From the human T2T-CHM13v2.0 reference genome, Homo sapiens: a stretch of 64,000 nucleotides of DNA. Where the stretch lies: NCBI RefSeq assembly GCF_009914755.1, contig NC_060942.1; one strand, 5' to 3'. Within the stretch, counting starts at the first letter, position 1. The number at the start of each line of letters is the position of its first letter. The position numbers and the translations under genes are program-made. The notes beneath the pieces are model-generated. The model did not search any database. It saw nothing but the letters and a program-made list of their open reading frames with translations, and was not told the DNA's origin. Of the stretch, positions 36,802 through 62,560 are shown one piece after another.

Positions 36802-37436
36802 TTATCTCAAACCTCCTTTCCAAATTTATCATCCAGTACTTTCCCTATACAGCAACCTTCCAACCTAGCCAGGGCTTTCTTCTCTTTAGCCAGTAATGCA
36901 CATCTAAAACATTATGCCTGCCAATCACAATTCCTGATACGTCTTCATGGTTATCAAGTCCTAACCACCTTTCTTTCAAGGTCTATCCATCAAATATCCC
37001 ATGAAATCTCCCCTGACCACTGGGGACCAGCTCATAGTCTCCTCATAGGTGGTGAGTTCTCACTTTTATAGGGTTCCAACAGAAAGCACTATGAATACAA
37101 TATTGTTTAACTATTTGTGTTTTGCCTATTTAACAAAGAAAATGCAAAATGACTAATTCCTAACTTGATAGCAGTTTAAAGCTAGAAATGTCCCCACAAT
37201 ACAAATTACCTTCAATGTAACATATAATCTCAACATTACATAACACATTCCTAACCACCAATCCAAACAAAATAGAAAAGAAAAAGGTATAATAAAACAC
37301 TAACTTTTTAAAAATCACCTCAACTTGTCTCCGACTATATTAACTTGATTTGGGAGTTTAGGAATGGGGAAAAAAAAAAAAAAAGAACAAACTGACCTTT
37401 AACTGGATACAATATAAATCTTATATAGTCACCTAC

Positions 37437-37537
37437 TTGCAGATATCTCTGTATGTCTGAATTGCTGTATCCATGTAATGAGCAGGATATGGCCTAGGTG
37501 CTCCTGGTTGAAGAAAAGCAGACACTGCTGCCATTTC
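37437..37537 (-). CDS. TRAPPC8: TRAPPC8 coding exon (probably exon 10), 101 nt, EMAAVSAFLQPGAPRPYPAHYMDTAIQTYRDIC(K)
   Basis: Acceptor ttttag|GAA; donor AA|gtaggt; phase 0 to 2. Confidence 0.95.
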
Positions 37538-38543
37538 CTAAAATAAAAGACATAGTTTACATATTTCAAAAGAAGAAACAGTCTTACAGTTTAGATGGGA
37601 AACTAAAAGTTGGAATGAAATTTGCTGTTTTTTTTTTAACTGGATACACATGTATAAACTTCATAGCCTAATGCAGACTTGAAAAACACATTTGTAGCCC
37701 AGTCACTCTTCAGAGAAGATGGGTGATCTGACTCTGGAAGGACTGAAGTCAGAGAGGTCAAAAGAGCACCTAGAATTCAAGTAAGTAATGAGTAAGAGTC
37801 TTACAGAAACCTCCAAGTAGCACTGTCTTACTTGGCTCTTGTGAGCAAAGACTGCAGTACCTTCAATTAAGGCCTTTAAAACATATCCTTAAAGACTAGT
37901 GGATCCTTGGCCAACTGGTCTCAGAGAAATCATGAGAGTAACAGGCATTTCTTTATTGTATTTATATTATTCTCTTTCTACTTTCCAATTTCTGAACACC
38001 CTCTAATGACCACTGTTTTGGGATGTGTTTTTCCTGAAAGAACATGGGGAATACAGAGATCAAAAGGGAGAGGCTTCCATTACAGGTAAAGTTAGATCAG
38101 ATAAGATTTAGCAGTTAAACTCCAGGAAAATGAAGAATGAATTCTGGTGTCCAGACAATTACGAAAGGCTCAGGCAAATATAAGGGCACCACTGGCTACA
38201 TGGGGAGCAAAGACTGCCTCCTAAGATTTGTTTAGACCCCAGGGAGGTCTTCACTTTTGCCTAAACTCAGATTTGCCATGGAAATTCCAGAGCAGACATT
38301 TGGATTTGTCCTCCTTTGGGCGTCTACGTGAATGTTGTGTGGCAGTGTGAGTGGGTGCACGTATATACAATGTGCTTATGGGTGAATGTTTGGTCAGGCC
38401 TAGTGGTTAGGTGTGTTGTCCATCACTTTTATTTTGTCCAGATTTTTTAATCTTCTGTTTTCTAGAGCTACTCATGTTTCCCCTTCCTCTTTGTCACTGT
38501 AGTATTTGACAGTTATCTTTTCCCACCAAAAATATGCTGAACT

Positions 38544-43797
<5,254 letters not shown>

Positions 43798-43972
43798 TCA
43801 ACTAGTCTGAGGGAAATCCATCAACTCAGCATTAAGGAATTAACAATCTGTAAAGTACTATATGCTCTTTGAGTACAACTTTATCCCTAAGGATTCTGTT
43901 TGCCACCAAGAGAAATTTCTAAATAATTTATGGTAGCAGAATTAAGGAATTATAATACCATAGAATACCAAC

Positions 43973-44123
43973 CAAGGCACCAGCTGCATAAAGCATTGCT
44001 TGATCATTAAGAAAATCTTTCTTTGCAGTATGATAGCAACTGTAAGCCAAATCATAATGCTGCACCAAAAAACATAAGTCAGCCATTTTCCTGATTTGAA
44101 GTTCTGGTGCTTCCGGCGGATAC
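43973..44123 (-). CDS. TRAPPC8: TRAPPC8 coding exon (probably exon 9), 151 nt, YPPEAPELQIRKMADLCF...MLYAAGAL
   Basis: Acceptor tttacag|GTAT; donor TTG|gttggt; phase 2 to 0. Confidence 0.95.
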
Positions 44124-44815
44124 CTGTAAATACAAAAGAAAATAATTTATAATTTATTACCCCCCAAACCATTAAAATTATAAAATACATTAACAAGCTG
44201 CCATGTTCTTCTAGAATATGAAGAAAACTAATGCTGTTTCAAAGAAATTCTACCTCCAACAAGAGTGTCAGTTCTCAAAAATACCTGGAAACAGAAAGTT
44301 CCTTGTTTTATTATTTATAGCCCTGAGAATGTCTGAATGGCAGGCAAACATTTTCTCCATGGTCAAATAATGAAGTAAATGGTTAATTCCAAGTGACTCA
44401 CATTTATATACAACCAGGAGAAAGATTAAAATCCAAAATGGATTAATTATATTTTTTCCTTAAAATGGTTTTTTGTGTAAAGCAAAATTTATTAAATGTG
44501 TCCCTTGTCTTAGAATCATCAGGCCATTACATTTTAGATATAGAATGGTTACTAATGAATACCTAGTCTAACTTCATTGTTTTACAAATAAGGAAACAGA
44601 CCAAAAGTGACTTTCCCATTTGTTTTTAGATGTCCAATTACTTAGTTTTTAAAAAATTAATATGATTTACTTGAGTCACTCTTCTTATCCACCTGAATTT
44701 TCACCAATAAGAAACTAAGAAATTAAAGAGATAGTTATCTTCTGCAGGATATACAATCAAACACTAGTCAGAGAGTTAAACAGAGGAAAAACAAAAATGA
44801 TAACACTTTACTCAC

Positions 44816-44931
44816 AGCAAGCCAGATGTATTTTTCAGGTCATTAATGCTCTTTTCTGGAACTTTACTGCCACTAAACCATTTTTTAGTTGCAGAAAATA
44901 GAGATCGACTCAAACCTTTTCTTGATATTAG
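44816..44931 (-). CDS. TRAPPC8: TRAPPC8 coding exon (probably exon 8), 116 nt, LISRKGLSRSLFSATKKWFSGSKVPEKSINDLKNTSGL(L)
   Basis: Acceptor tttttaaag|CTA; donor CT|gtgagt; phase 0 to 2. Confidence 0.95.
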
Positions 44932-45266
44932 CTTTAAAAAAGAGATTAAATATGTTGACAAACAAAGAATTTAGTATTTTTCCTTTACATAAAAAAATTT
45001 TAACTAAAAAGCTTTAATAGCAAATGTTCATTTTAATAAAACTGATTTAAAGAAAACTGTCCAATATGCTGGCAAAATCCTATTGAAAATGAATAAGCCT
45101 CTTCTAGAGTTGAACAGAATTTCATCATTGATAGTAATTTTGGGAAGTCTTAATATTGGCCTATCTTAAAACGAAAATAAAACAAAACTTCAAATACGTT
45201 TAATAATTCTTAAATTTACTATTTACTTAAATTTTTAAAATACTAATCCAAAAAATCAAACCTTAC

Positions 45267-45523
45267 CTGATCGTTTAATTGCCTAATTGTTTTCTCTATA
45301 TGTGGCAAAAGGCCCCGAAATGTGAACTCTTGTATAAACTGTCGAATTCTATCATGATCAGTAAGTGTTAAACATGCACCATGAATTATTCCAGTATTTC
45401 CTTTCTTTGTTTCATGTAACGATGAAGCAGATCTTAGATGATCTGGGCCATCAATACTGTTAGAAGGGTCACTGGATTGCTCCAACTGAAGTGGGTGAGC
45501 TCTAAAGTTATTTGGTAAGCCAT
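45267..45523 (-). CDS. TRAPPC8: TRAPPC8 coding exon (probably exon 7), 257 nt, (D)GLPNNFRAHPLQLEQSSDP...EKTIRQLNDQ
   Basis: Tandem acceptor tttttcagtag|ATGG; donor CAG|gtaagg; overlaps ORF 45243..45485. Confidence 0.95.
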
Positions 45524-46179
45524 CTACTGAAAAAGAGATTATTTCTTTTACTCTCAGAATGCAACAGAAAACAGTGCTAATACTACCATACTGCTAAAGA
45601 AAAAAAAAAAGCAGAATGTTAAAATCCTTTATCTTTCAGTATAGGTAAATGTCTAAGATAAAACAGCAGTAACATCCCCCAGCCCCAAAATTAATGAGCT
45701 TGAGTTAATATTTGTTTTGGTACCTGTATTAGTAATTTGAAAATCGGTATAAACCAGGAAATGGAGAAAAATACTTTATTTTAAATAATATAAAGAATGA
45801 CTTTTAAATAGTACAACTAAGCCGTAAGAAAAAATATAACAAAAAAAATTTGTTATCATTACAAAAATCATAAAGTCAGAAATAAAGCTCTCAAAATCAT
45901 GTAAATTTTTAAATAATTAATGCTGTGCATCACATCTTCCCTTGCTTTCTACAAAATATTTTAAAAGAAATCTATACACTACTCATATAAAACAAATTTT
46001 TAAGTGTCAAAAACAAACTCAAGTAGCTCAGTAAAATCTTCAGAAGAAAAACTAACCTGCCCAATATCTTTCTGTATTATGAAAAATTTCCCCCATCTTT
46101 TATCTATAAAGGTTAGCATGATCTGACAACAGTGCATATTTTCAATCAAAAGAGAAACTTAGAGAAAATATATCAAGAC

Positions 46180-46273
46180 CTTTGACTTCGTTATCTAATC
46201 CATCCAATGAAAGCAAGTTATTATCAGAATTCTTATTTGAAGTTATAGTACAAGGGCCATCTTCATATGATTC
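46180..46273 (-). CDS. TRAPPC8: TRAPPC8 coding exon (probably exon 6), 94 nt, ESYEDGPCTITSNKNSDNNLLSLDGLDNEVK(D)
   Basis: Acceptor ttttgatag|GAA; weak donor AAAG|gtcttg; phase 0 to 1 fits both neighbours. Confidence 0.9.
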
Positions 46274-46839
46274 CTATCAAAATAAAATTTAAAAAGCATT
46301 AGCAGTTATACTTAATCATACTTAATATACTATCAAATCCATCAACAACTATGGTTACTCTGCTAACTGTTGGCCTCATTTATTTGCTACAGTGAGCATT
46401 TTCTCGTCCTCCAAATTCATAACTTCTTCCATGGATCTTATTCTATCACTCCAACTCACACCTACTATATTCTTAAATCCCCTTTCACACTCAAGCTACT
46501 ATCCTAATTCTTCTTAATTCAAATTATCTCTCAGGATATCTACTTATATATGATATGTATATACACGAGTGTTCATATAAGCACATACATATGCTTATGC
46601 CTCTTAAGTAAGGAATAATGGCAAGAGAGATGGACTACTAGAGTCAGACGGGGAAAGAAGAGAGGCACAGATATGAAATTCTTTGGGTCACAGTGTAAGC
46701 AGGTTGGAGTGAATTCTGAATATACTGAAGTGTTTTAGAAAAATATCTAACGCAACGTTTATTTGTGCAAAGGAACTGGTTTCTCAGTTAACAAAAAAAC
46801 ACTTAAACTAAAAATACCCAGACTACTCTACAAGACCAG

Positions 46840-47270
46840 TAAATATGATGTATTATTCTGAGTGTCACACTTTGAGGGAATTTACATAAACTAGAACTCA
46901 AGAAGAAAGTGACCAGGACAAGAAAGTCTGAAGCCACTCCTTGAGAAAGAGTTGCAGAAACTAGGCATATTTAGACTGGAAAAATATAAAAGAGGACATG
47001 AGAATTATCCTTCTATATTTTGAAAGTTGTCTTAATGGAAAACTAACATAGTCACTCCCAAAGGATCAAGCGTACAAGCAAAGGTCAAGAATTTTTTATT
47101 GATCCTTAAGCAAAATGAGAGAATTTTTGGGTGATCAGACATGCAATAGGTCACTTAATAAGAATACAGTGAGTACTGTCAACAGACGCAGTCATTCGTA
47201 AGTTTAAAGAAATTAAAGCATTAGATCAAGCATTGGATGTAAAACCTCTAAACTATTCTCCAACTTTGAG
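46840..47270 (+). mobile_element. L3/CR1-like ancient LINE remnant
   Basis: aaactagaa...gtgaccagga...gaaactaggcatatttagactggaaaa resembles L3 ORF2 3' part. Confidence 0.5.
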
Positions 47271-47746
47271 CTTCTAGGATGCTAAGGCATAGATTTCTGA
47301 TATTTCTGCTTTCTGCTAAAAGTTCTCATACTGCACAATCTTCTTCATGTTCCCCTTCACAACCTTAGGTGACTGAACTCTAAAGTGTATTTTTTTCAGT
47401 ACTGTTCTTATTCTTAGAATGGCCCCTAAAAGACCATTTTTAAAAATAAAGTTCCTTCACATCCAACTGGTACTTCTTTGCTTTTCCCCAGCATTATCTT
47501 AAAGAACGTCAGTAATCACCTCAATACTAAAGTCAGTAAAATACCATGATAGCACTACATTTAGATTTAAAGATTCCATTTATGAGACAGAAAAATAAAG
47601 CAAATAAACAGATTAAACAATACTTATATCAGAAGATCAAAAATTACATAAGCTTTGTAATTGATTTTTTAAATGTCACACACAGAGTGCATAATATAGT
47701 TTAATTGAACAATATAAATATATTTTCCATTTACTTAAGAATTTCT

Positions 47747-52646
<4,900 letters not shown>

Positions 52647-52786
52647 TTAAATGCTTTATTAATAAAATTCACATTAAACTTTTACATTCTTGTATCAAAA
52701 ATAAATCCAAAACGTAAACAAGCTATCTCCAAATTAATGTTAAATCATTTAACTGGAAAAAATTTAAAACTAAAATAAAAACTTAC

Positions 52787-52961
52787 CTCTGTTCATCTCC
52801 TGCACTTACATCATGTAAAAGTACATAGTATTTAAGTGTATTTGGTATAAACCACTTGGGGTAGGAATAATCACTGTTGTGCTGAATTCGATGCTGTTCT
52901 TGTGACAACTTTGAAAACTGTTCCACAGGTTCAGCTTCACTAGATGACGCTACCAACATAC
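52787..52961 (-). CDS. TRAPPC8: TRAPPC8 coding exon (probably exon 4), 175 nt, (C)MLVASSSEAEPVEQF...HDVSAGDEQ(R)
   Basis: Acceptor gtttacaag|GTATGTTG; donor CAGAG|gtaagt; phase 1 to 2. Confidence 0.95.
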
Positions 52962-54093
<1,132 letters not shown>

Positions 54094-54183
54094 ATGCTAA
54101 ATAGTGGTTCAGAAATTCATGATCCGATGCTGGCATCGACTGAAGAAAGGTTTCTCTGTAAGACTCAAACCATGGAGTAGTGG
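54094..54183 (-). CDS. TRAPPC8: TRAPPC8 coding exon (probably exon 3), 90 nt, (A)TTPWFESYRETFLQSMPASDHEFLNHYLA(C)
   Basis: Acceptor ttaattttag|CCACT; donor GCAT|gtatcctttg (U12-type); phase 1 to 1. Confidence 0.95.
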
Positions 54184-54323
54184 CTAAAATTAACAATATA
54201 CAAAACAGTTAAAAGTATTCAATAGAATCAGTTTACAACAGACAAAATTTCAAGTCCATATTCCTAAAAGGTATAAAAAAAAAATTTCTAACAGTAAACA
54301 AGCATTTTTCACCTGTGCTTTCA

Positions 54324-54689
<366 letters not shown>

Positions 54690-54929
54690 TTAAGCCATTC
54701 ACAAGAATATATTCACACAAGAATATATTCATATATTCATGAGTATATATATTTGCAAAAATAAAATTGAATTATTCCCAAACCTAGTGTTCCCACAACC
54801 TACTTACCTATTAATGCTCTAAATATTACCTACATGAGTAAAAAGATTATTTCTTTAGAACTCAAGTTCTGTGACCCTGCCACTAGTCACACTGCCATAA
54901 GTAGATCTTTTTCAAAAATAACACTTAGC

Positions 54930-55135
54930 ATAGAGGTTCTCAACTGAGCATGATTTTGACCCCCAGGAAACATCTGGCAACGTCTCAAGATATTTTTCGT
55001 TATCAGTTCTGGGGTAGGTGGCTTATGCTACTGGCATCAAAGAGGTCAGGAATAATGCAAAACATCTCACAAGACAAGACAAGACAAGACAGCCCCCACA
55101 ATAAAGAATTATCTAGTTCAAAATGTAAATGGTGA
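54930..55135 (+). mobile_element. MER20-like hAT-Charlie element
   Basis: ggttctcaac...gattttg.ccccagg...tgctactggcatc...agcccccacaataaagaattatct...caaaatgt match the MER20 pattern. Confidence 0.8.
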
Positions 55136-56052
55136 TATGGCTGGTAAATCTTACTTTGTAATTTGATTACTTGAATATGACAGTAACAAAGCCTCTTAAA
55201 TGAAATTTCGAAGTACATTTACCTTACAATCAAATACAAACAAGTGTATTTTCATTGTTTGTATAAATGTATATAATGTGATTCTTAAAAAGTCAACTCT
55301 CTCTTGTTCCACATCAAGTATTTTGTATCACAATTATTCTTTTTATTTGAACTTACGTAAAACTTAGTGGTTTCACTAGGTTTTAAGCAGATTATCTATA
55401 TCACAGTTTTACTAAAAGGACTCCATTCCAATGCTGATTTATGCTGATATATCAAATCTTATATTCCTTTTGCTTTCATCTTAACCACTGAAAACAGCAA
55501 ATATATTCTTTCTGCTTATATTATAATACTATATTAAACAACTGGAAGGGCTGAGGACAAAGCCATTCATCTTAACCAAATAGCATTCTAACCTGGTGCC
55601 AAATATACAGATATTTTAACTCCAGCAAATGCCTCATGAGAATGACCCATATATTACATATAGTCTGATTAGGAGAGCAACTACTATCACGATTTCATGT
55701 TCATCGTTATAAAAGAGGAAATGGGCAGGGCATGGCGTTTCACACCTATAATCCTAACACTTTGGAGGCTGGGTGCGGTGGCTCACGCCTGTAGTCCCAG
55801 CACTTTGGGAGGTCAAGGCAGGCGGATCACTTAAGGTCAGGAGTTCGAGACCAGCCTAGCCAACATGGTGAAACCCCATCTCTACTAAAAATACAAAAAT
55901 TAGCCAGGCATGGTGGCGCCCTTGTGCAATCCCAGCTATTCGGGGGGCTGAGGCAGGAGAATCACTTGAACCCAGGAGGTGGAGGTTGCTGTGAGCTGAG
56001 ATGGCGTCACTGTACTCCAGCCTGGGCAATAGAGTGAGACTCAGTCTCAAAA

Positions 56053-56099
<47 letters not shown>

Positions 56100-57249
56100 A
56101 ATAATAATCCTAACACTTTGGGAGGCTGAGGTGAGTGGACTGCTTGAGCCCAGGAGTTTGAGACCAGCCTGGGATACATGGCGAAACCCCATCTCTACTA
56201 AAAGAAATACAAAAAATTAGCCAGGTATTGTGATGCATGCCTGTAGTCCCAGCTACTCGAGAGGCTGAGGTGGGAGGATCACCTGAGCCCAGGAAGTCAA
56301 GGCTGCAGTTAGATGAGAATGTGCCACTGCACTCCAGCCTGGGCGACAGGAGTGAGACCCTGTCTCAAAAAATATAAAATAAAATAAAAATAAAAGAGGA
56401 AAACATTCCCAGAAAACATTACAATCTACATTTTAAAAAAAGGCAAAAATTGGAGAATAAATGAAACACACAAATAGGAAACTAATCTTGTCACCCACCA
56501 CGAACACCTACCCTTCTCCCCAACTCAGTCAAAGTAAGTCTACCTGGAAATCTAATGCATATGTAGTACCAATGATAAGAAAATAAGAAATACATAATGA
56601 AAATTATCGTTAAATAGAAAGGGATCTCCACATATACAAGGAAATTACTATCTCCACCTTTTAAAATTATTTTTTCTATTTACTTTGTTGCTTCAATGTT
56701 TCCTGAATTAAACAAATGACAGATAAATTATAGTCATATGAAATTGGGTTTGTTTCATGGTGGAGGTGGAAAGTTCTGAACAAAGCAGATTTTCCAAAAT
56801 AGCTCTTCTTAGCAACACTATCTGTAATGACACTGAAAGACTAGAAAACACAACGCGCTCATCAGGAGAAAACTGATGAACAACAGTTCATGATGGACAA
56901 CAGATGTCTCATGAGAATGACCCATATATCCTACATAGTCTAATTAGAAGAGTTACTACTGTAACAATTTCATGTTCATGCAATACCAGCTGCTTCATGT
57001 TCATTCTTATAAAAGAGGAACTAGGACTGAAGCAGTGGCTCATGCCTGTAATCCTAGCACTTTGGGAGGCTGAGGCAGGCAGATCGATTGAGCTCAGGAA
57101 TTTGAGACTAGCTAGGCAACATGGTGAAACCCCATCTCTACTAAAAAAAAATACAAAAAAATGGCCAGGCACAGTGGCTCACACCTGTAATCCCAACACT
57201 TTGGGAGGCCGAGGCAGGCGGATCACCTGACGTCAGGAGTTCGAAATCA

Positions 57250-57543
<294 letters not shown>

Positions 57544-58796
57544 CTAACCATTAAAAAGATACATTAGCAGCTGTAAAAGAAAGGGGAAAAATCTCTACAT
57601 ATTACAATGAAGTGTTCTTCCAGATATATTAAGTGAAAAAAGCGACAGCAGAAAAGTATGCATTTTTGTGCAAAAAAAGGAAAATATGAAGAGCCATACC
57701 TATATTTGCTTATAGTTTCAAAGAGAAGTAACAGAATAAATCTACTACATTTAATTATCTATACAAGAGAGAAGAGAAAGAAGGGAGATAAGAAAGGAGA
57801 GGGATCGACCAAGTGCTGTGAATAAAGAGATCTTTAGGTCAGGCACAGTGGCTCACGCCTGTAATCCCAACACTTTGGGAGGCCGAGGCAGGCGGATTAC
57901 CTGAGGTGGGGAGTTCCAGACCAGCCTGACCAACATGGAGAAACCCTGTCTCTACTAAAAATACAAAATTATCTGGGTGGGCGGGGTGACACATGCCTGT
58001 AATCCCAGCTACTCGGAGGCTGAGGCAAGAGAATCACTTGAACTCGGGAGGTGGAAGTTGCAGTGAGCCAAGATCGCACCATTGTACTACTCCAGCCTGG
58101 ATGACAGAGCGAGACTCCGTCTCAAAAAAAAAAAAAAAAAAAGTTATCTTTGAGATTTGATTTGGTCAGAAAAGCCTCTAATCCACATTGTCAACCTCAG
58201 AGCTTTCTGCAATGTATAATGTAGCTTTCTCATCTCACCTTCTGGAAAACGGAATGTGATTACATATTTCATTTATTACGCTTCGATTTTCTTGTATCTG
58301 GGTTCTACTCTTAGGATGAGGTTATCCAATTATATATATATTTAGAGGAAGAAATGAAGGGGAAATTCAATATGTTTATGTCACTTTCTTATTGCCTGAA
58401 AATTGAATAAAATCAAATTTATCAGTTGTTCCCCCTAATTATGCAAAAGATCTTTTGAAAACTATATTACATGAGTGCTTCTGCCTCTTTAAGACAAAAG
58501 AAGAATGTAACCCAAAACTGTCATTTTTTCTTAAAGTTCATCATAAAAGTACTAAAAGAGTAACTGTAATTAGATTTTTATTGTGTTTTAAGTAAAGTAA
58601 GGTCTATGTGTTTGAGGGGAAAAAAAAGAAGGGACATGAATAGAGGACAAGCCTTCTCTGTATCTTGCTTTATATAATTTTGAGTTTGAAACTATGTGAA
58701 TGTACACATAATTAAAAATAAATTAAAAAGCAAAATACATACACATACAGACATACACAGACATACTCTTAAATTGCAATAACTTTCTAAATACTA

Positions 58797-58982
<186 letters not shown>

Positions 58983-59358
58983 CTACTCGAGAGGCTGAGG
59001 TGGGAAGATCGCTTGAACCCAGGAGGTCAAAGCTGCAGTGAGCCAAGATGGTGCCACTGCACTCCAGCCTGGGCAGCGACAGAGCAAGACCCTGTCTCAA
59101 AACGAACAAACAAAAAACAAAAAATTTTCTTGGACTTATCTTGGGATAAAAATCACTATTTTCCTCATATCCCTTTCCATCTCTACATGTTCTTTCTTTG
59201 GAATTGAAATAGCAACCATGTTTTCCTACTAAAGTTTTCTGGCCATGTTCAGTGGCTCACGCCTGTAATCCCAGCACTTTGGGAGGCCGAGGCAGGCTGA
59301 TCACTTGAGCCCAGGAGTTCGAGACCAGCCTGGGCAACATGAGAAAACCTCATCTCTA

Positions 59359-59559
<201 letters not shown>

Positions 59560-60293
59560 TTACCTGGTAAGGAAGGGTAATATGGTCTTCCTTCCTTTTA
59601 AAATAAGATGCAGCCCAAAATATACCATTCAAAGACTATGCTTGGATTTAACACATAATGCTGTAAGAGTAAACAGGATAATGGATGATAAAATAGATAA
59701 GAAAAGTTGAAAAAAATAGATACATTAGACCTTCCTCATTTTAGAAAAATTAGACATGTCAATTGGGAAAAATACAAAACAGTACCTAAGTGGGGAAAAA
59801 AAGACAACAGAAACGAAGTAGGTGAGAAAAATCTAGAAAACTGAAACCATCACAAGAAATCCCTGTATATAACAGACTTTCAACTCCATCAATGTGTCTT
59901 TCCAATTACTGTACCAAGGAATAGCAGCTTTAAATGACCGATCTGAAGAAAACACGGCACTGTTAAGCTTATGAGGTAAATATCTAACATCTATTTCTTT
60001 AACAGAATGAATGAAAAGTATGCTGACTCACATTAATGGTGAAAATTAGAAGCATACATCTGAATATATAAGAATTAATACCTTATTAAAATGGATAAAA
60101 TCACTTTTCTATGATCTCCAAAGAGTATTATTCTGTTTAATGAAATTTTACTAAAATTAACGTAGTACTTCATCGTATCTCATTCTCAGTCTTCATGGCC
60201 AACATAAAAATAAAGCTGAAAGGAGGTGCCTTTCAGTAAAAGGGAAAGAAGCTAAAAAAAAAAAAAACTGTTTTCTTCTGGTGTGTAGTTTAA

Positions 60294-60566
<273 letters not shown>

Positions 60567-60569
60567 TCA

Positions 60570-61384
<815 letters not shown>

Positions 61385-61839
61385 TTAGATAAAACAATTT
61401 CCCACAACCAAATCATAACTATGTTCCTATAAATGATCTGCCAAACCACTTTAATAGAAAAAAAAGGCCCAGGACACAGCCAGAGAGCAGATTTCAGAAT
61501 CCTTCTCTGGATAAACTAAATGGCCTCAAAGAAAAAAACTATAAGTAATAAAAATTGGGCAACCCTTAAACCTATTCTTAGCCTTACCACCCAATAAAGA
61601 AGTCTACTAACTGATAAGCTTTCTTATACTCAGTCAGGGTTTTAATGCCTCAATTTGAAATAGAAAATAATGCCTGGTCTAACCAAAGATTTGAGGTAAG
61701 TGTCCAACATGAAAAAAATCAAAACAAATAAAAATAATACGAATGAAAAAAAAAGGCACAGGATAGAAGAAAACTTAAAAAAACAGCCAACAACAATTTA
61801 TTACTATCTTCAGAGTTAAGACACTATAACATAAAACCT

Positions 61840-62560
61840 TAATAGCATGTCACAATAAAGGAAAATCTAGAGAAGAAAATAGCTCCAAAAAAACCCCAAA
61901 AAGACACCAAACATTAAAACTTCAATAGAAGGATCAGAAGATAAAGTCAAGGATATTCACACCCAGAAAAATAAAAAGACAGAGATAGACAATTTTAGAA
62001 AAAAAGAACATTAGAGGATCAACTCAGGAAGTTCTACATCCAACTAACAGTAGTTTCAGAAAGAACAGAGAGAACAATAAGGGAGAAATTAACAAAGAAA
62101 GAATACAAGACAGTTTCTCAGGGCTAAAAAGTGCATAACCAGACTGTCAAAAGAAGCTACTCAGTAAAATAAGTGAAAAAGGAGTTATAAACCCCAACGT
62201 GAAATTTCAAAATAGCAGGGATGAAGACCTTCAAAAACTTCTAACAGCTGGAGGGCTGGGGGTAATACATATAATGGCTTCTAGCTTTTTTAAGAGCAAT
62301 GCTTGAAGCTAAAAGAAAGTGGATCAATTCTGAGGGAAATGATTTATAACTAACAATGTACACAGTCAAACCATCAATCAAGTATATAAAATAAGAACAT
62401 TTTCCAACATTCATTCCTCAAAAATTTTATTTTCCATGCACCCTTTCTCAGGAAGCTACTAGAGATGTCCTTCACCATACTAAGGAAATACACACAAAAT
62501 ATATATAAATGAAATACTACAGAGAAGTGAAGGGAAGGAAATCCTCAGGATGACAGCTGT
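61840..62560 (+). mobile_element. Ancient L1M ORF1-region remnant
   Basis: A-rich, ttagaggatcaactcaggaagttctacatccaactaacag and tctgagggaaatgattt motifs resemble old L1 ORF1. Confidence 0.55.
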
